From: Promethearchaeia archaeon | GTDB lineage: Archaea; Asgardarchaeota; Lokiarchaeia; Sigyniarchaeales; SOKP01 | DNA: 34,583 nucleotides | NCBI GenBank assembly: GCA_029856105.1 | Contig: JAHQWH010000101.1 | Location: 1-34,583, forward strand | Direction: 5' to 3' | Shown: positions 18,167 to 27,641 of the stretch, piece after piece | Layout of the letters: each line of letters opens with the position of its first letter | Numbering within the stretch: the first letter of the stretch is position 1 | Notes under the pieces: generated by a model | What the model was told of the DNA's origin: nothing | Seen by the model: the letters and a program-made list of their open reading frames with translations, nothing else | Databases searched by the model: none | Program-made: the position numbers and the translations under genes

Positions 18167-18892
18167 TTGGAAGAATTAAAGGAGATACCCGCAAATAAAT
18201 TGCCTAAGCACATTGGTTTAATTCTAGACGGTAATCGTAGATGGGCAAAAAAAAATATGCTTGAAGCAAACGTGGGCCATTTAATAGGGTACGAGAATTT
18301 AAAAGATAGATTATTTGACTTTTTTGACGCAGGTATTCATTATTTGAGCATTTACGCCTTATCGCTTGAAAACGCACGGAAAAGAAGTGTTAACGAACTC
18401 AGATATATTTTTAAGATAATTTTAAAAGCAGTGGACACGGTAATAAGTGAATCAACCGTAAGAGAAGAGAAAGTTAAATTTAATGTAATCGGCCGAGTAC
18501 ATTTGCTACCTGAAGATGTCCAGGAGAAAATCAAAGAATTAATTGAATTTACAAAAGACCATGACCAAAATTTCATCAACTTGTGCATTATGTATGACGG
18601 CCAAGAAGAAATCGTAGACGCTGTGAAAAAGATAACGGACGATAAAATAAAGTCCGAAGATATTACGCGAGATTTAATCAAGAGTTATTTATATACGAAA
18701 AATTTTCCTGAGTTAGATTACATAATTCGCACTGGCATGGAAGATGGCGCTAGAATTTCGGGATTTCTGTTATGGGACGCTTCTTATGCAGAGTTCAAAT
18801 TTAGAACTGATTTATGGCCGGATTATAATAAAGAAATGATAATTGAAGATATCAAAGAATATTTGAAGAGAAATAGAAGAAAAGGTAAATAA
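18167..18892 (+). CDS. uppS: cis-Prenyltransferase (undecaprenyl/dolichyl-type diphosphate synthase)
   Basis: PKHIGLILDGNRRWA, YALSLEN..R, YDGQEEI, DYIIRTG..RISGFLLW..YAE, C-terminal RRKGK. Confidence 0.93.
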   Translation: MEELKEIPANKLPKHIGLILDGNRRWAKKNMLEANVGHLIGYENLKDRLFDFFDAGIHYLSIYALSLENARKRSVNELRYIFKIILKAVDTVISESTVREEKVKFNVIGRVHLLPEDVQEKIKELIEFTKDHDQNFINLCIMYDGQEEIVDAVKKITDDKIKSEDITRDLIKSYLYTKNFPELDYIIRTGMEDGARISGFLLWDASYAEFKFRTDLWPDYNKEMIIEDIKEYLKRNRRKGK

Positions 18893-19054
18893 GAAAAGGA
18901 AATTAAGTTTTCTTTTTGTAAAAATTTAAAATCAATAAATTTTATATTGTTGATTAAGGTAAAATAGCACTTTTACGCATACATTATTAATTCGTAACAA
19001 ATAACTGTTATGCGCAATTAATAGAAATATTAAAATTAAATAATATACACTAAT

Positions 19055-20941
19055 ATGGCTATCTCAGACCCTAATCAAGTAATCTCCATAACTATAAAAG
19101 AATTTCCTCAAAACCTTCTAATTCCTAGTTTAAAAAATTCTGTTTCCTTAGAAGTTGTTAATAATTCTAAAAAGGAGGAACATTTTAAATTTGTTTTTGA
19201 GGGAGAAAATCTAGATATTGAAGTTAAACCAGACGAGTTCAACAAAGAAGTTCTATTTAAATCGGGAGAAACTAAGAGAATTGATTTAGCGTTGAAACCA
19301 ACCGCTGATGGGCACGGTAAATTAACAATTAATGCCTATTGGATGAAATTGGTTGAATATATTGTAGAAGTACAAAATGTTAGAGAGACTATTTCCGCAA
19401 GTAAAATAAATAAAATTTTAAAAAATATACAAGTTCTCGAATTCGATGATGGCGATGGTTTTAACTCAAAAGACTTTTTTATAGCCTCTAGCAAGAGTGA
19501 AGTTAAGAAAATTGAGAAGGAACTTCAAGAGTTAATAAAAAATTATAGCGAGACACAAAAAAACTTACAAACTTCCGATACTCCCTTATTAAATGAAGAC
19601 ACTGGGGTTAGCCTTGTTGAAATTGATAACCAATTAAGGATTCTAGCAAAATCATATCTCTCGATAGGTGATTTTTTTAAGGCGTTAGAATACTCTTTAA
19701 AACTATCCAATGAAGGAGAAAAAATAAAGTTTTATTATAACTTAATTAGGGCTAATGCAACAGTTAATTTAGAAGCTACACTAGAAGTTATTAAAAAATT
19801 AAACGAAAAAAATAAAAAAAATCAAATAGTAGAAAAAATTGCGCTTGACTTACTAAATACTAATCAAGATCAAGTTATTAGGGTTCTTTCTTTTATCGAC
19901 GACGCTTCGTTAAAGGAAAAAGCGCTTGTTAACATCATTAGCAAATCTCTGGAAAATGGTTTCAATTTAGCTCTTAAACTTTCTGAGTCTATTGAAGATG
20001 AGATCGTTAAAATTAAAGTTCTATTTAACGTTATAAAAAAATTACATGAAAAAAAGAATAATGCATTAATTCTTAAAATTATAAATCAAATCAATCAAAT
20101 TATTCTTAATTCTAATAAAATTGTTTTATCAGCTAAAGATTATAAAAATCCTGCTTACGCATTTTTTAGAGGAAATATATGCATTATAGCGGAATTAGAT
20201 TGTCCAGAAGCTGCTGATACTGTCATAGGAGGAATAAGTTCGGTAGAGCTAAGAGAAAGAGTTGCTAAAGACTTATTCAACGAAATATACGAGATAGTTA
20301 AAGAGAAAAAAACTAAAGTTGAACCTATAGGAACATTTTCTCAATTCTTTCTATTAAATACTTATGCTTCAAAAATCTCTAACGAAATACAAAAATTTTC
20401 CCTCATTGGAGGAAATGCAAGCAGTAACGTTCTAATGGGTGATTATAACTTCAACATCGCTCTCATATCTCTATTTAGTTTTGATTTTAGCATATTTCCT
20501 ATCATTGATAGAGTTTATTCAGAGCTAAAGTACAGTTCGGATAAATCGATTGCGTATTATGTCTATCCCTCAATCAACAATCACGATCAAGAAGAATTAG
20601 TAGTAATACAATCTACATTAAAAAAGTTCTTTCAACCCGAAAAAAATTCAAAACAAGTAATTATTTTTAATTTTGACTTTATTCCCTATTTAGGAAAACC
20701 CACAATTATCCTCGCTTCCGAATTAGATGAAACGAATTCAATTAAAACCAAAATAACTAAGAAACTTGGAGATCGCGTTAATTTGATAATAGAAGACTCG
20801 TTATTCAAGGGGGGGGAAACTGTAGATAATCTAAACAGCATATTCTATGGTAGTAATTTCAAAATAGTTAATTTAGTTTTATCTTATGAATTCATCAACG
20901 ATTACGATACATTTAAAGCGTTTATCCAATCAATTATGTAA
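19055..20941 (+). CDS. Hypothetical protein; beta-rich (Ig-like) N-terminus, helical-repeat middle, alpha/beta C-terminus
   Basis: 628-aa ORF with no recognised catalytic motif; domain layout inferred by eye from residue patterns. Confidence 0.7.
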   Translation: MAISDPNQVISITIKEFPQNLLIPSLKNSVSLEVVNNSKKEEHFKFVFEGENLDIEVKPDEFNKEVLFKSGETKRIDLALKPTADGHGKLTINAYWMKLVEYIVEVQNVRETISASKINKILKNIQVLEFDDGDGFNSKDFFIASSKSEVKKIEKELQELIKNYSETQKNLQTSDTPLLNEDTGVSLVEIDNQLRILAKSYLSIGDFFKALEYSLKLSNEGEKIKFYYNLIRANATVNLEATLEVIKKLNEKNKKNQIVEKIALDLLNTNQDQVIRVLSFIDDASLKEKALVNIISKSLENGFNLALKLSESIEDEIVKIKVLFNVIKKLHEKKNNALILKIINQINQIILNSNKIVLSAKDYKNPAYAFFRGNICIIAELDCPEAADTVIGGISSVELRERVAKDLFNEIYEIVKEKKTKVEPIGTFSQFFLLNTYASKISNEIQKFSLIGGNASSNVLMGDYNFNIALISLFSFDFSIFPIIDRVYSELKYSSDKSIAYYVYPSINNHDQEELVVIQSTLKKFFQPEKNSKQVIIFNFDFIPYLGKPTIILASELDETNSIKTKITKKLGDRVNLIIEDSLFKGGETVDNLNSIFYGSNFKIVNLVLSYEFINDYDTFKAFIQSIM

Positions 20942-20958
20942 AAAAAGTGAATAAATTT

Positions 20959-22641
20959 ATGGCTAAGGATAAAAAAAAGAAAAAGAAGAAAGGTTCAGGT
21001 GGAGATGATACATTCTCGCAATTTATGGGAAAAGATACTGGTAAGAAGCAAAAATCTAGAGCAAAAGCAGTGTCGGGGCTTCCTTCAGGCGTTTATATTG
21101 GAGAACCACTAGATAGATCTTCGGATCAATTGTTTCTTGGAACAGATTACAGAGAAGTACACATCCCCGAAAGATCTTGGGGGGAAATCTTAGCCGATAT
21201 CGAGCATTGGACACCATTACCCTTCACGCATGGAATTGAAATGGAATTAATTATCGCAGATGACAATGGTAACTACCCGCCTGGTGATGAGATGGTTTAT
21301 CGGATGAAAGAGATCGTAAAAGATGCCATAAAAATCATGGACCAGATTTTATACAAAGGAAGAAGCGATTTCTTACCTGTTCCCGATTATATTCGGCAAA
21401 AAGTATTGGCAAGGCCTTATGGGAAGGACGACATTGAAAAGGGATATGTAATGGATATTAGGTATTCACTTCCAGATGGAAATGTCGTTGACATTGATAC
21501 TTTCGGTCGTGATGGTAATGTTACAGCAGTTACTTATATATTGGAACTCGTAACGCCCCCATGTGAATATGTTGAGGAGCTGGCTTATTGGGGATCAACC
21601 TTATTTCTTTTAGCAAAAAACACCCTACCAAGAGATTTACACATCATAGCTTCAGCTATTAACCCTGCAGCTAAAGAATATATGAGAGGTCTTACTCAAG
21701 CAGACCACAGTCACATTGGCTCCTTTAAATCTGATTTAGAGAAAGTGCAAGCATATTGTATGATTCGCAACTTCATTCCGCATATAATTGCTCTTACCTG
21801 TAATTCACCTATATTAAATAATAAACCAACAGATGTTATTAAAATAGTTAACAACCGGATTACCGCACCAAATTGCGTACGTTCTTTAAGGCTAAAAAAT
21901 AACACTACAATGTTAAGTAACAACGACCCTAAGCATTTTCCTCCTTATATAACTTCGGGAGATCAAAATACTATCAATTATTTTCTTCAAGTTGTCCAAA
22001 AAGCGAGTTTAGAGGATGGACGCTTCCAAGACGTGTTTCCTTTCACAGATTGGGGAACGATTGAAATAAGGGTTAGCGACGCTCAAATTTCAATATGCCG
22101 TAGAATAGGAATCGCCTTATTACTACAGACTATGTGTTACAAGACGCGAAAGTTATTAGACAAGGGGGTTTGGGTGCCAGACGCGGGTAGCGAGACGATC
22201 GCATATAACAGAAAGACTACCATCGAAAGAGGGTTAATAGCTTTATTCCGCCCTCAAAATCTTACTCGAGAACATCTCGCGCAATACGACCCGAATTTTG
22301 CAGAACAATATTTAGGACCTGCGAATCAACCTATAAGGTATATGATGCAGGCAGTTCAAAGGATGTTTTTCTACTTAAAAGACGAGTTAAAAGAACTTGG
22401 TTTTCTCTACTCACCGTTTTTGAAACCTATACTTCAATCAATTTTTGGAAATGTAAGCTACGCGGAACCTCCAATAACTGAAGCGGAATATCAATTAAGC
22501 TTATATCAATATAAATTGAACAATGGAGAAGACCCTAACATTCTGTATGATCTTATATATTTCACGATTCAATATTGCCAAGACCCGCTAAATAATCCTC
22601 TTACTGGAACATTAACTCTGCCCAAAGAAATGAGAGATTAA
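20959..22641 (+). CDS. Glutamate-cysteine ligase (GCS2)-like carboxylate-amine ligase with a Lys-rich N-terminus
   Basis: HGIEMEL (ExE), ILELVTPPC, HSHIG, IALTCNSP, SLR, GTIEIRVSD. ATG 20959 is preferred over GTG 20947. Confidence 0.78.
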   Translation: MAKDKKKKKKKGSGGDDTFSQFMGKDTGKKQKSRAKAVSGLPSGVYIGEPLDRSSDQLFLGTDYREVHIPERSWGEILADIEHWTPLPFTHGIEMELIIADDNGNYPPGDEMVYRMKEIVKDAIKIMDQILYKGRSDFLPVPDYIRQKVLARPYGKDDIEKGYVMDIRYSLPDGNVVDIDTFGRDGNVTAVTYILELVTPPCEYVEELAYWGSTLFLLAKNTLPRDLHIIASAINPAAKEYMRGLTQADHSHIGSFKSDLEKVQAYCMIRNFIPHIIALTCNSPILNNKPTDVIKIVNNRITAPNCVRSLRLKNNTTMLSNNDPKHFPPYITSGDQNTINYFLQVVQKASLEDGRFQDVFPFTDWGTIEIRVSDAQISICRRIGIALLLQTMCYKTRKLLDKGVWVPDAGSETIAYNRKTTIERGLIALFRPQNLTREHLAQYDPNFAEQYLGPANQPIRYMMQAVQRMFFYLKDELKELGFLYSPFLKPILQSIFGNVSYAEPPITEAEYQLSLYQYKLNNGEDPNILYDLIYFTIQYCQDPLNNPLTGTLTLPKEMRD

Positions 22642-22865
22642 TCTTCATTAAAATAAATGTATATATTTAAATTGGATAATTTAAAAAATTAATTCTCTTA
22701 TTCAAATAAAAAACAATAAGTACAAGTAAATTATTAAAAGGATTTTATATTTTTACATCGCTTTCCATGAGCAATAATTAAGACATATTAACAAGCACAT
22801 TTTTAAATTTGAAGGTTTTTTTGAAAAGTTTTTTTAAAAATAATTACACTGATAATGAATGTTTT

Positions 22866-24206
22866 ATGGTTCGATTGACAAACGAGAAAAAAAATGAGTT
22901 TTTAAATGAAATTCGTAAATTTGCAAAAGAAAATAGCATAGAGTTGATTTCAAAGGAATTCAAAAATGATTTGGCACCTATTGAGTTTAAATGTGAAAAA
23001 TGTGACAGTTACTTTGCAGATTGTCGTAAACACATTATTTATAGAAAGAAATTGCCTAAAATAAAGTGTCCTACTTGTTCTCCTGATTTAAAAAGAGGAA
23101 AAAAGAAGACAAAAGAAGACTACATTAAAGAAATCAGAAGTCTAGCAGAAGCTAATGATATTATATTATTATCTACAGAATATATAAATAAGAGAAGTCC
23201 ACTTCAATTTTTATGCAAAATTTGCTCTCAAGATTGGTGGGATACACGCGAGCTAATTTTTAAAAGATTAAAAAGGAGGAAATTTTTTAGATGTCCTTAT
23301 TGTTTTCCAGATTCATTTGTTTTTAGGGAACCTAATAAAGAAATACCACAAACATTAAAAAAAAGTAAGGAACAGCATTTCAATGAAATAGAAACTATAG
23401 TTAATGAAAAAAAAGGTAGTATTTTATCAAAAGAATATGTAGGTGCTGAAGAAAATGTTCATATTAAGTGCGAAAACGGTCATGAATGGTTTCCTACACC
23501 ACATAACTTAAAATCAGGTCATTGGTGTCCCATATGCAATCAAAATTTATATGAGAGATTTTGTAGACAGATGTTTGAAGCAATCTTTGGAGTTAAATTT
23601 CCTCAAACTCCTCTTAGAAAAATTATTTATAGTTCTGAAATACCAATTAACATGCATTTAGATGGGTATAACAAAGAATTAAAAATAGGATTTGAGAGAC
23701 ACGGTATTCAGCATTATAAATATAAAAAGTTTTTTCATGGAAATGACATAGACAATTTTCATCAACAACTAAAAGTTCATGAATTCAAAAGGAAAATTTG
23801 TGAAGAAAATGAAATGGTGTTAATTGAAGTAGGTTATAAATGGTGTAATGGAAAATTACATAAAATAAACTTTGATGAAATGGAAGTCATTATCAGGGAA
23901 AAATTAAAAGAAAAAGGCATAAAACCTCCAATAGCACATGAACCAATAGAGTGGGAAAATTTTAATTTAACACCACCAAGTTGGTATGAAGAAATTAAAC
24001 AAATTGTTGAAGGAAAAGGGGGTGTATTATTAACACCTTTTTACCCTGGATCTCATGGCATTATAGAGATTAATTGTGGAAATAGTCATTACTTTAAAAC
24101 TACACCAACACAATTAAAATATAAGAAATCTTGGTGTAGAAAATGTTATGAAGAGCGACGAAAAAATGAGAGAGATAACTTTGGACGGTTTATCTCATAT
24201 ATTTAA
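22866..24206 (+). CDS. Multi zinc-ribbon protein with a Vsr/PD-(D/E)xK-like endonuclease domain (homing-endonuclease-like)
   Basis: Repeated units CEKC..CPTC, CKIC..CPYC, CENGH..WCPIC, CGNSH..WCRKC; nuclease core E...HLDGYNKELKIGFERHGIQHY...RKIC...VLIEV. ATG 22866 is the likely start. Confidence 0.75.
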   Translation: MVRLTNEKKNEFLNEIRKFAKENSIELISKEFKNDLAPIEFKCEKCDSYFADCRKHIIYRKKLPKIKCPTCSPDLKRGKKKTKEDYIKEIRSLAEANDIILLSTEYINKRSPLQFLCKICSQDWWDTRELIFKRLKRRKFFRCPYCFPDSFVFREPNKEIPQTLKKSKEQHFNEIETIVNEKKGSILSKEYVGAEENVHIKCENGHEWFPTPHNLKSGHWCPICNQNLYERFCRQMFEAIFGVKFPQTPLRKIIYSSEIPINMHLDGYNKELKIGFERHGIQHYKYKKFFHGNDIDNFHQQLKVHEFKRKICEENEMVLIEVGYKWCNGKLHKINFDEMEVIIREKLKEKGIKPPIAHEPIEWENFNLTPPSWYEEIKQIVEGKGGVLLTPFYPGSHGIIEINCGNSHYFKTTPTQLKYKKSWCRKCYEERRKNERDNFGRFISYI

Positions 24207-24240
24207 GACACAAAATCGTTATACTTTTTAATAGCAGAAA

Positions 24241-24261
24241 TAACTGTTTATAAAACAGTTA
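24241..24261. other. Perfect 9-bp inverted repeat downstream of the endonuclease gene (possible terminator or protein-binding site)
   Basis: TAACTGTTT-ata-AAACAGTTA, 35 nt after the stop codon. Confidence 0.35.
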
Positions 24262-24437
24262 ATAAAAAGTTTTGGTGAAGAAATTGAATAGTAAAAAAAA
24301 TAAAGTCTATCTCATCATAATCAATAACTATGATAAAAAGAATAAAATAATTTAGAATTACAAAACATTAAATCTTTTTATTTAGACATTTTATATAGAT
24401 TAGGAAATAAACATTAATCGTAAAATTTGTATATATT

Positions 24438-25979
24438 ATGCTAACAGCAACTATCGAACAAGAAGGAAAAACGCGAATAGAAAATATATTTGTAATCGAT
24501 GCCCACTCGCATTTAGGAGAAGATGTAGATGGAGCAACAATGATGAATCCGCTAGCACCGGGTACAGGAACTTTTGATTTTTGGGGTAATGTTCAAGGAA
24601 GATTAAAATCAGAATGGGTAAAAACGGGAGAACAATCATTTAGAACTTCAATGGACGGGAAATCGACTAAAATTGCTTGGTCGTTCAATCCTTATCCTTT
24701 TACAGATAAATTGTATGTTGAGTTAGAAGCGTTGGGAAAAAGGTATTCTGATTTAAAAGAAAAGTCAAAATTTTATTCTTTCATCGATCAAGGCGTTGTT
24801 TTTCCTTTTCAAGATGTTTTTAGAGATAAGCATCCAGAAGCTTTATATCGAGCTAGCAACATTAACATTTCCAGATTTACTACACGCTTCCCATTTTCTA
24901 TGAAACTAATTGGATACGCTCGCTGCGATCCTATGGAAGGAGAAAAGGCGATTAAGGAGGTAACCTACGCTCGAGAAGTATTAGGTCTCCGGGGTCTAAA
25001 ATTACATCCTCGATCAGAAAGATGGATCGATGATATTAAAACGGGCAAACCACTTAAGGTTTTAATTGAAGCCGCAAGTCATTCCCTGCCCGTGTTATTC
25101 GACACTCGCGGAAGAGGCTCAATATTGGACATCGCCGAATTAATTAGAACAACTAGAACAACGTTAGCTCAAAATTATCCAGAGTTATTACCTCATTTCA
25201 AGGTTATAATCGCACATTTCGCTCAAGGAAATATTGGCGATTACGAAGTCTATAATGCGATCGTTCAACCGAATACTTATGGCGATTTATCAATGCTTCA
25301 TGGAGAGGGGGCTGGGAACTTTTTAGAAGATTTTCGAAAATGGTTTAAGGCAAATAATAAAATAAAAGTAGATAATCGAGATTGGTCCGAATACCTTCTA
25401 TACGCCTCAGATTACCCTTACTTTGGAGATGTTCACGCTCAAAAGCTTCTGATATACATTATAAATAAACGGTTTTTTGACACAGGTGGAACTATTAAAG
25501 ATGTTAGAAATATCATGGGGTTAAACCAGATAAAAATTCTTCCTGAGTATAACTTAACTCAAAATAAAACTAACGGAAGTAGTTTACCGTGTACATTTAT
25601 TTCAAAACCATCAAACAGTAAACCTACTTCTTATGAAATCGCTATAAAAGCTTTGGCAAAATTAATCGTAGAAAACAAGGTCGACATTAAAAGATTCTGT
25701 ATACAATTCAAAGATACATGGGATAACTTTAACGACGACATTTTATTGAACGCTTTCACACCGACTACTAAAGAAGAAGTTCCAATCATGCTAACTCAAT
25801 TGGTAAAAGATCAAATCGCTTTATTTGCACCCTTAAACAAAGAGGCGGCGTGGAATAAGTTTGGATATAAATATTTCAACCCAAAAGACCGCGCGTTTTT
25901 CGCATCTATCTTTAAACAAAACTACTTAGCTAAGGACGAAAAGCAAACTGTTGAATGTTTAACTCAGATTTTTCGTTAA
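24438..25979 (+). CDS. Amidohydrolase superfamily (Amidohydro_2-like) metal-dependent hydrolase with a C-terminal extension
   Basis: IDAHSH, GLKLHP, IIAHF, YGDLS, LLYASDYPY. Confidence 0.82.
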   Translation: MLTATIEQEGKTRIENIFVIDAHSHLGEDVDGATMMNPLAPGTGTFDFWGNVQGRLKSEWVKTGEQSFRTSMDGKSTKIAWSFNPYPFTDKLYVELEALGKRYSDLKEKSKFYSFIDQGVVFPFQDVFRDKHPEALYRASNINISRFTTRFPFSMKLIGYARCDPMEGEKAIKEVTYAREVLGLRGLKLHPRSERWIDDIKTGKPLKVLIEAASHSLPVLFDTRGRGSILDIAELIRTTRTTLAQNYPELLPHFKVIIAHFAQGNIGDYEVYNAIVQPNTYGDLSMLHGEGAGNFLEDFRKWFKANNKIKVDNRDWSEYLLYASDYPYFGDVHAQKLLIYIINKRFFDTGGTIKDVRNIMGLNQIKILPEYNLTQNKTNGSSLPCTFISKPSNSKPTSYEIAIKALAKLIVENKVDIKRFCIQFKDTWDNFNDDILLNAFTPTTKEEVPIMLTQLVKDQIALFAPLNKEAAWNKFGYKYFNPKDRAFFASIFKQNYLAKDEKQTVECLTQIFR

Positions 25980-26070
25980 AATTTTGATTAATTACCTGTA
26001 GATATCAATTATTTTTTAAATTTATATATCTGAAGAATATAAATTGTAAATACAGATATCCTTTTCTTAA

Positions 26071-26646
26071 GAAAAACTGAAAAAAATTAAAGATGGAAGC
26101 GATCGATTAAAAGAGTTAGTAAATTCTTTCATAGAAAGTTCACAATTAGATCTAGCTTTAGCTAAATTAAAGTTACATCAAGAAAATTTATCTGATTTGA
26201 TCAAAACAGGTTTAGAAGAAATGCAAGGCCTAATTAACTTAAGGGATCACGCGATTAACCTAGACACACATGATCAATTAATTTCGAGCGTAGATAAAGA
26301 AAAAATATATTCTGTAATTACAAATTTGCTATTAAACGCAATTAATTATACACCTAAAGGCGGAAAGATATGGATTCAATCTATTGTTAATGAAGGCTCG
26401 ATAATAGTTTCTGTAAAAGATAATGGAATAGGGTTTGATGATATAGAAAAAAAGCAGTTGTTTAAACCATTTGGAAAGATTGAAAGATATGGAAGGGGTT
26501 GGGATATCGTCTCTGAAGGTATGGGTATGGGGTTATATCTCTCAAAAGAGATAATGAATTTACATGGAGGTAAAATCTGGGTGGAATCTAAAGGAAGAAG
26601 TAAAGGAACTACCTTTTACTTTTCCCTTCCCATTGTTACAAATTAG
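26071..26646 (+). pseudogene. Truncated histidine kinase: second HisKA helix plus HATPase_c, lacking sensor and H-box
   Basis: The frame is open from 26071 (KIKDGSDRLKELVNSFIESSQLD...) after a TAA at 26068. N box NLLLNAINYT, G1 DNGIG, F box LFKPF, G2 GMGMGL, HGGKIWVES. No phospho-His helix is present upstream. Confidence 0.65.
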
Positions 26647-26685
26647 ATGATAGTCAGAAAGCATTAAATTGCGACAGAAAGAGAA

Positions 26686-27435
26686 TTATAAATATTTAAA
26701 CACAATTTCAAAATCTGATAGGTCAAAAGGTTTTAATATATATCCCTCAGCTCTTGTTTCTTGGATTTTTTCTTTTACTTTATGATCTGGAACAGCTGTT
26801 AAATAAATAACTGGAATCTTTTTGAGTTTTTCATGAGATTTTACTTTTTTACAAATTTCAAACCCACTTACATCAGGCAAAAATATATCTAACAAAATTA
26901 ATTTTGGAAGGTTATAATTTAATTCTTCGATACCTTTTAAACCTGTAATTACTCCTTTGCAAGTATAGCCTTTAGCTTCAAAATAATTAGTAACCAATTC
27001 TATTGTAGATAAATCATCTTCAATCAATAGAATGTCGTATTGAGCAATTCTCGCATCTGGTTTTTCTAATTTTAATATAAATCTATTTTCAAATTGTTTA
27101 ATCTCATCTAATAAGTTTGTAATAATGGATAAAATATCGCTGTTTAAATCCTTTTGATATTTTTCTACGATTAATTGGAGATTTCCTTTGATCGTTGTGA
27201 GTCTTTCTTTTAAGGCATGTGTGAAAGCAGATAAATCTAGAGCGAGTAAACTGGCTTTTTCGTCGATATAATATTTAATTCCTTCTCTGACTAATTTGGA
27301 GAGCGATGAAATATCACTTTTTTTAATGAATTCTATCCATTCTTTTTCTGTTTCTTCTGTAATGTAAACAGAGATTCGTTTTTTCCCAGAATAATAATCC
27401 TTCTTAACTTTAGTCTCTTTCTCGTCTTTAGAAAT
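26686..27435 (-). CDS. Response regulator with RHH, HisKA-like and REC domains (249 aa, probable ATT start)
   Basis: The frame extends 136 codons upstream of the ORF-track start, to a TGA at 27442-27444. It reads KRISVYITEETEKEWIEFIKKSDISSLSKLVREGIKYYI (RHH pattern), SAFTHALKERLTTIKGNLQLI (HisKA pattern), then REC motifs LIEDD, LLDIFLP, LTA, KPF. AGGTGA SD lies 6 nt before ATT 27435. Confidence 0.82.
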   Translation of the reverse strand: MSKDEKETKVKKDYYSGKKRISVYITEETEKEWIEFIKKSDISSLSKLVREGIKYYIDEKASLLALDLSAFTHALKERLTTIKGNLQLIVEKYQKDLNSDILSIITNLLDEIKQFENRFILKLEKPDARIAQYDILLIEDDLSTIELVTNYFEAKGYTCKGVITGLKGIEELNYNLPKLILLDIFLPDVSGFEICKKVKSHEKLKKIPVIYLTAVPDHKVKEKIQETRAEGYILKPFDLSDFEIVFKYL

Positions 27436-27641
27436 AATTCTTCACCTTATTGTTAATCTAAAAAATTAAAGATTTGCAAAATTATCCATATTTTATTGAA
27501 TTCGTTAAGATATGAAAGTGTAAATATATTCTTTTTTAATCATTTTTTTACTATTCCTAATAATATTTACCTAAAACATTAAATAAACTTGTTGTTTTAA
27601 AAGTTAAGCATGAATCTTACATTTTTAAAACAATTCAATTA

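Noticed and set aside
27442-27444. In-frame TGA upstream of the response regulator as a selenocysteine or readthrough codon
   Set aside because: It is part of the AGGTGA Shine-Dalgarno sequence, and the upstream sequence does not look coding.
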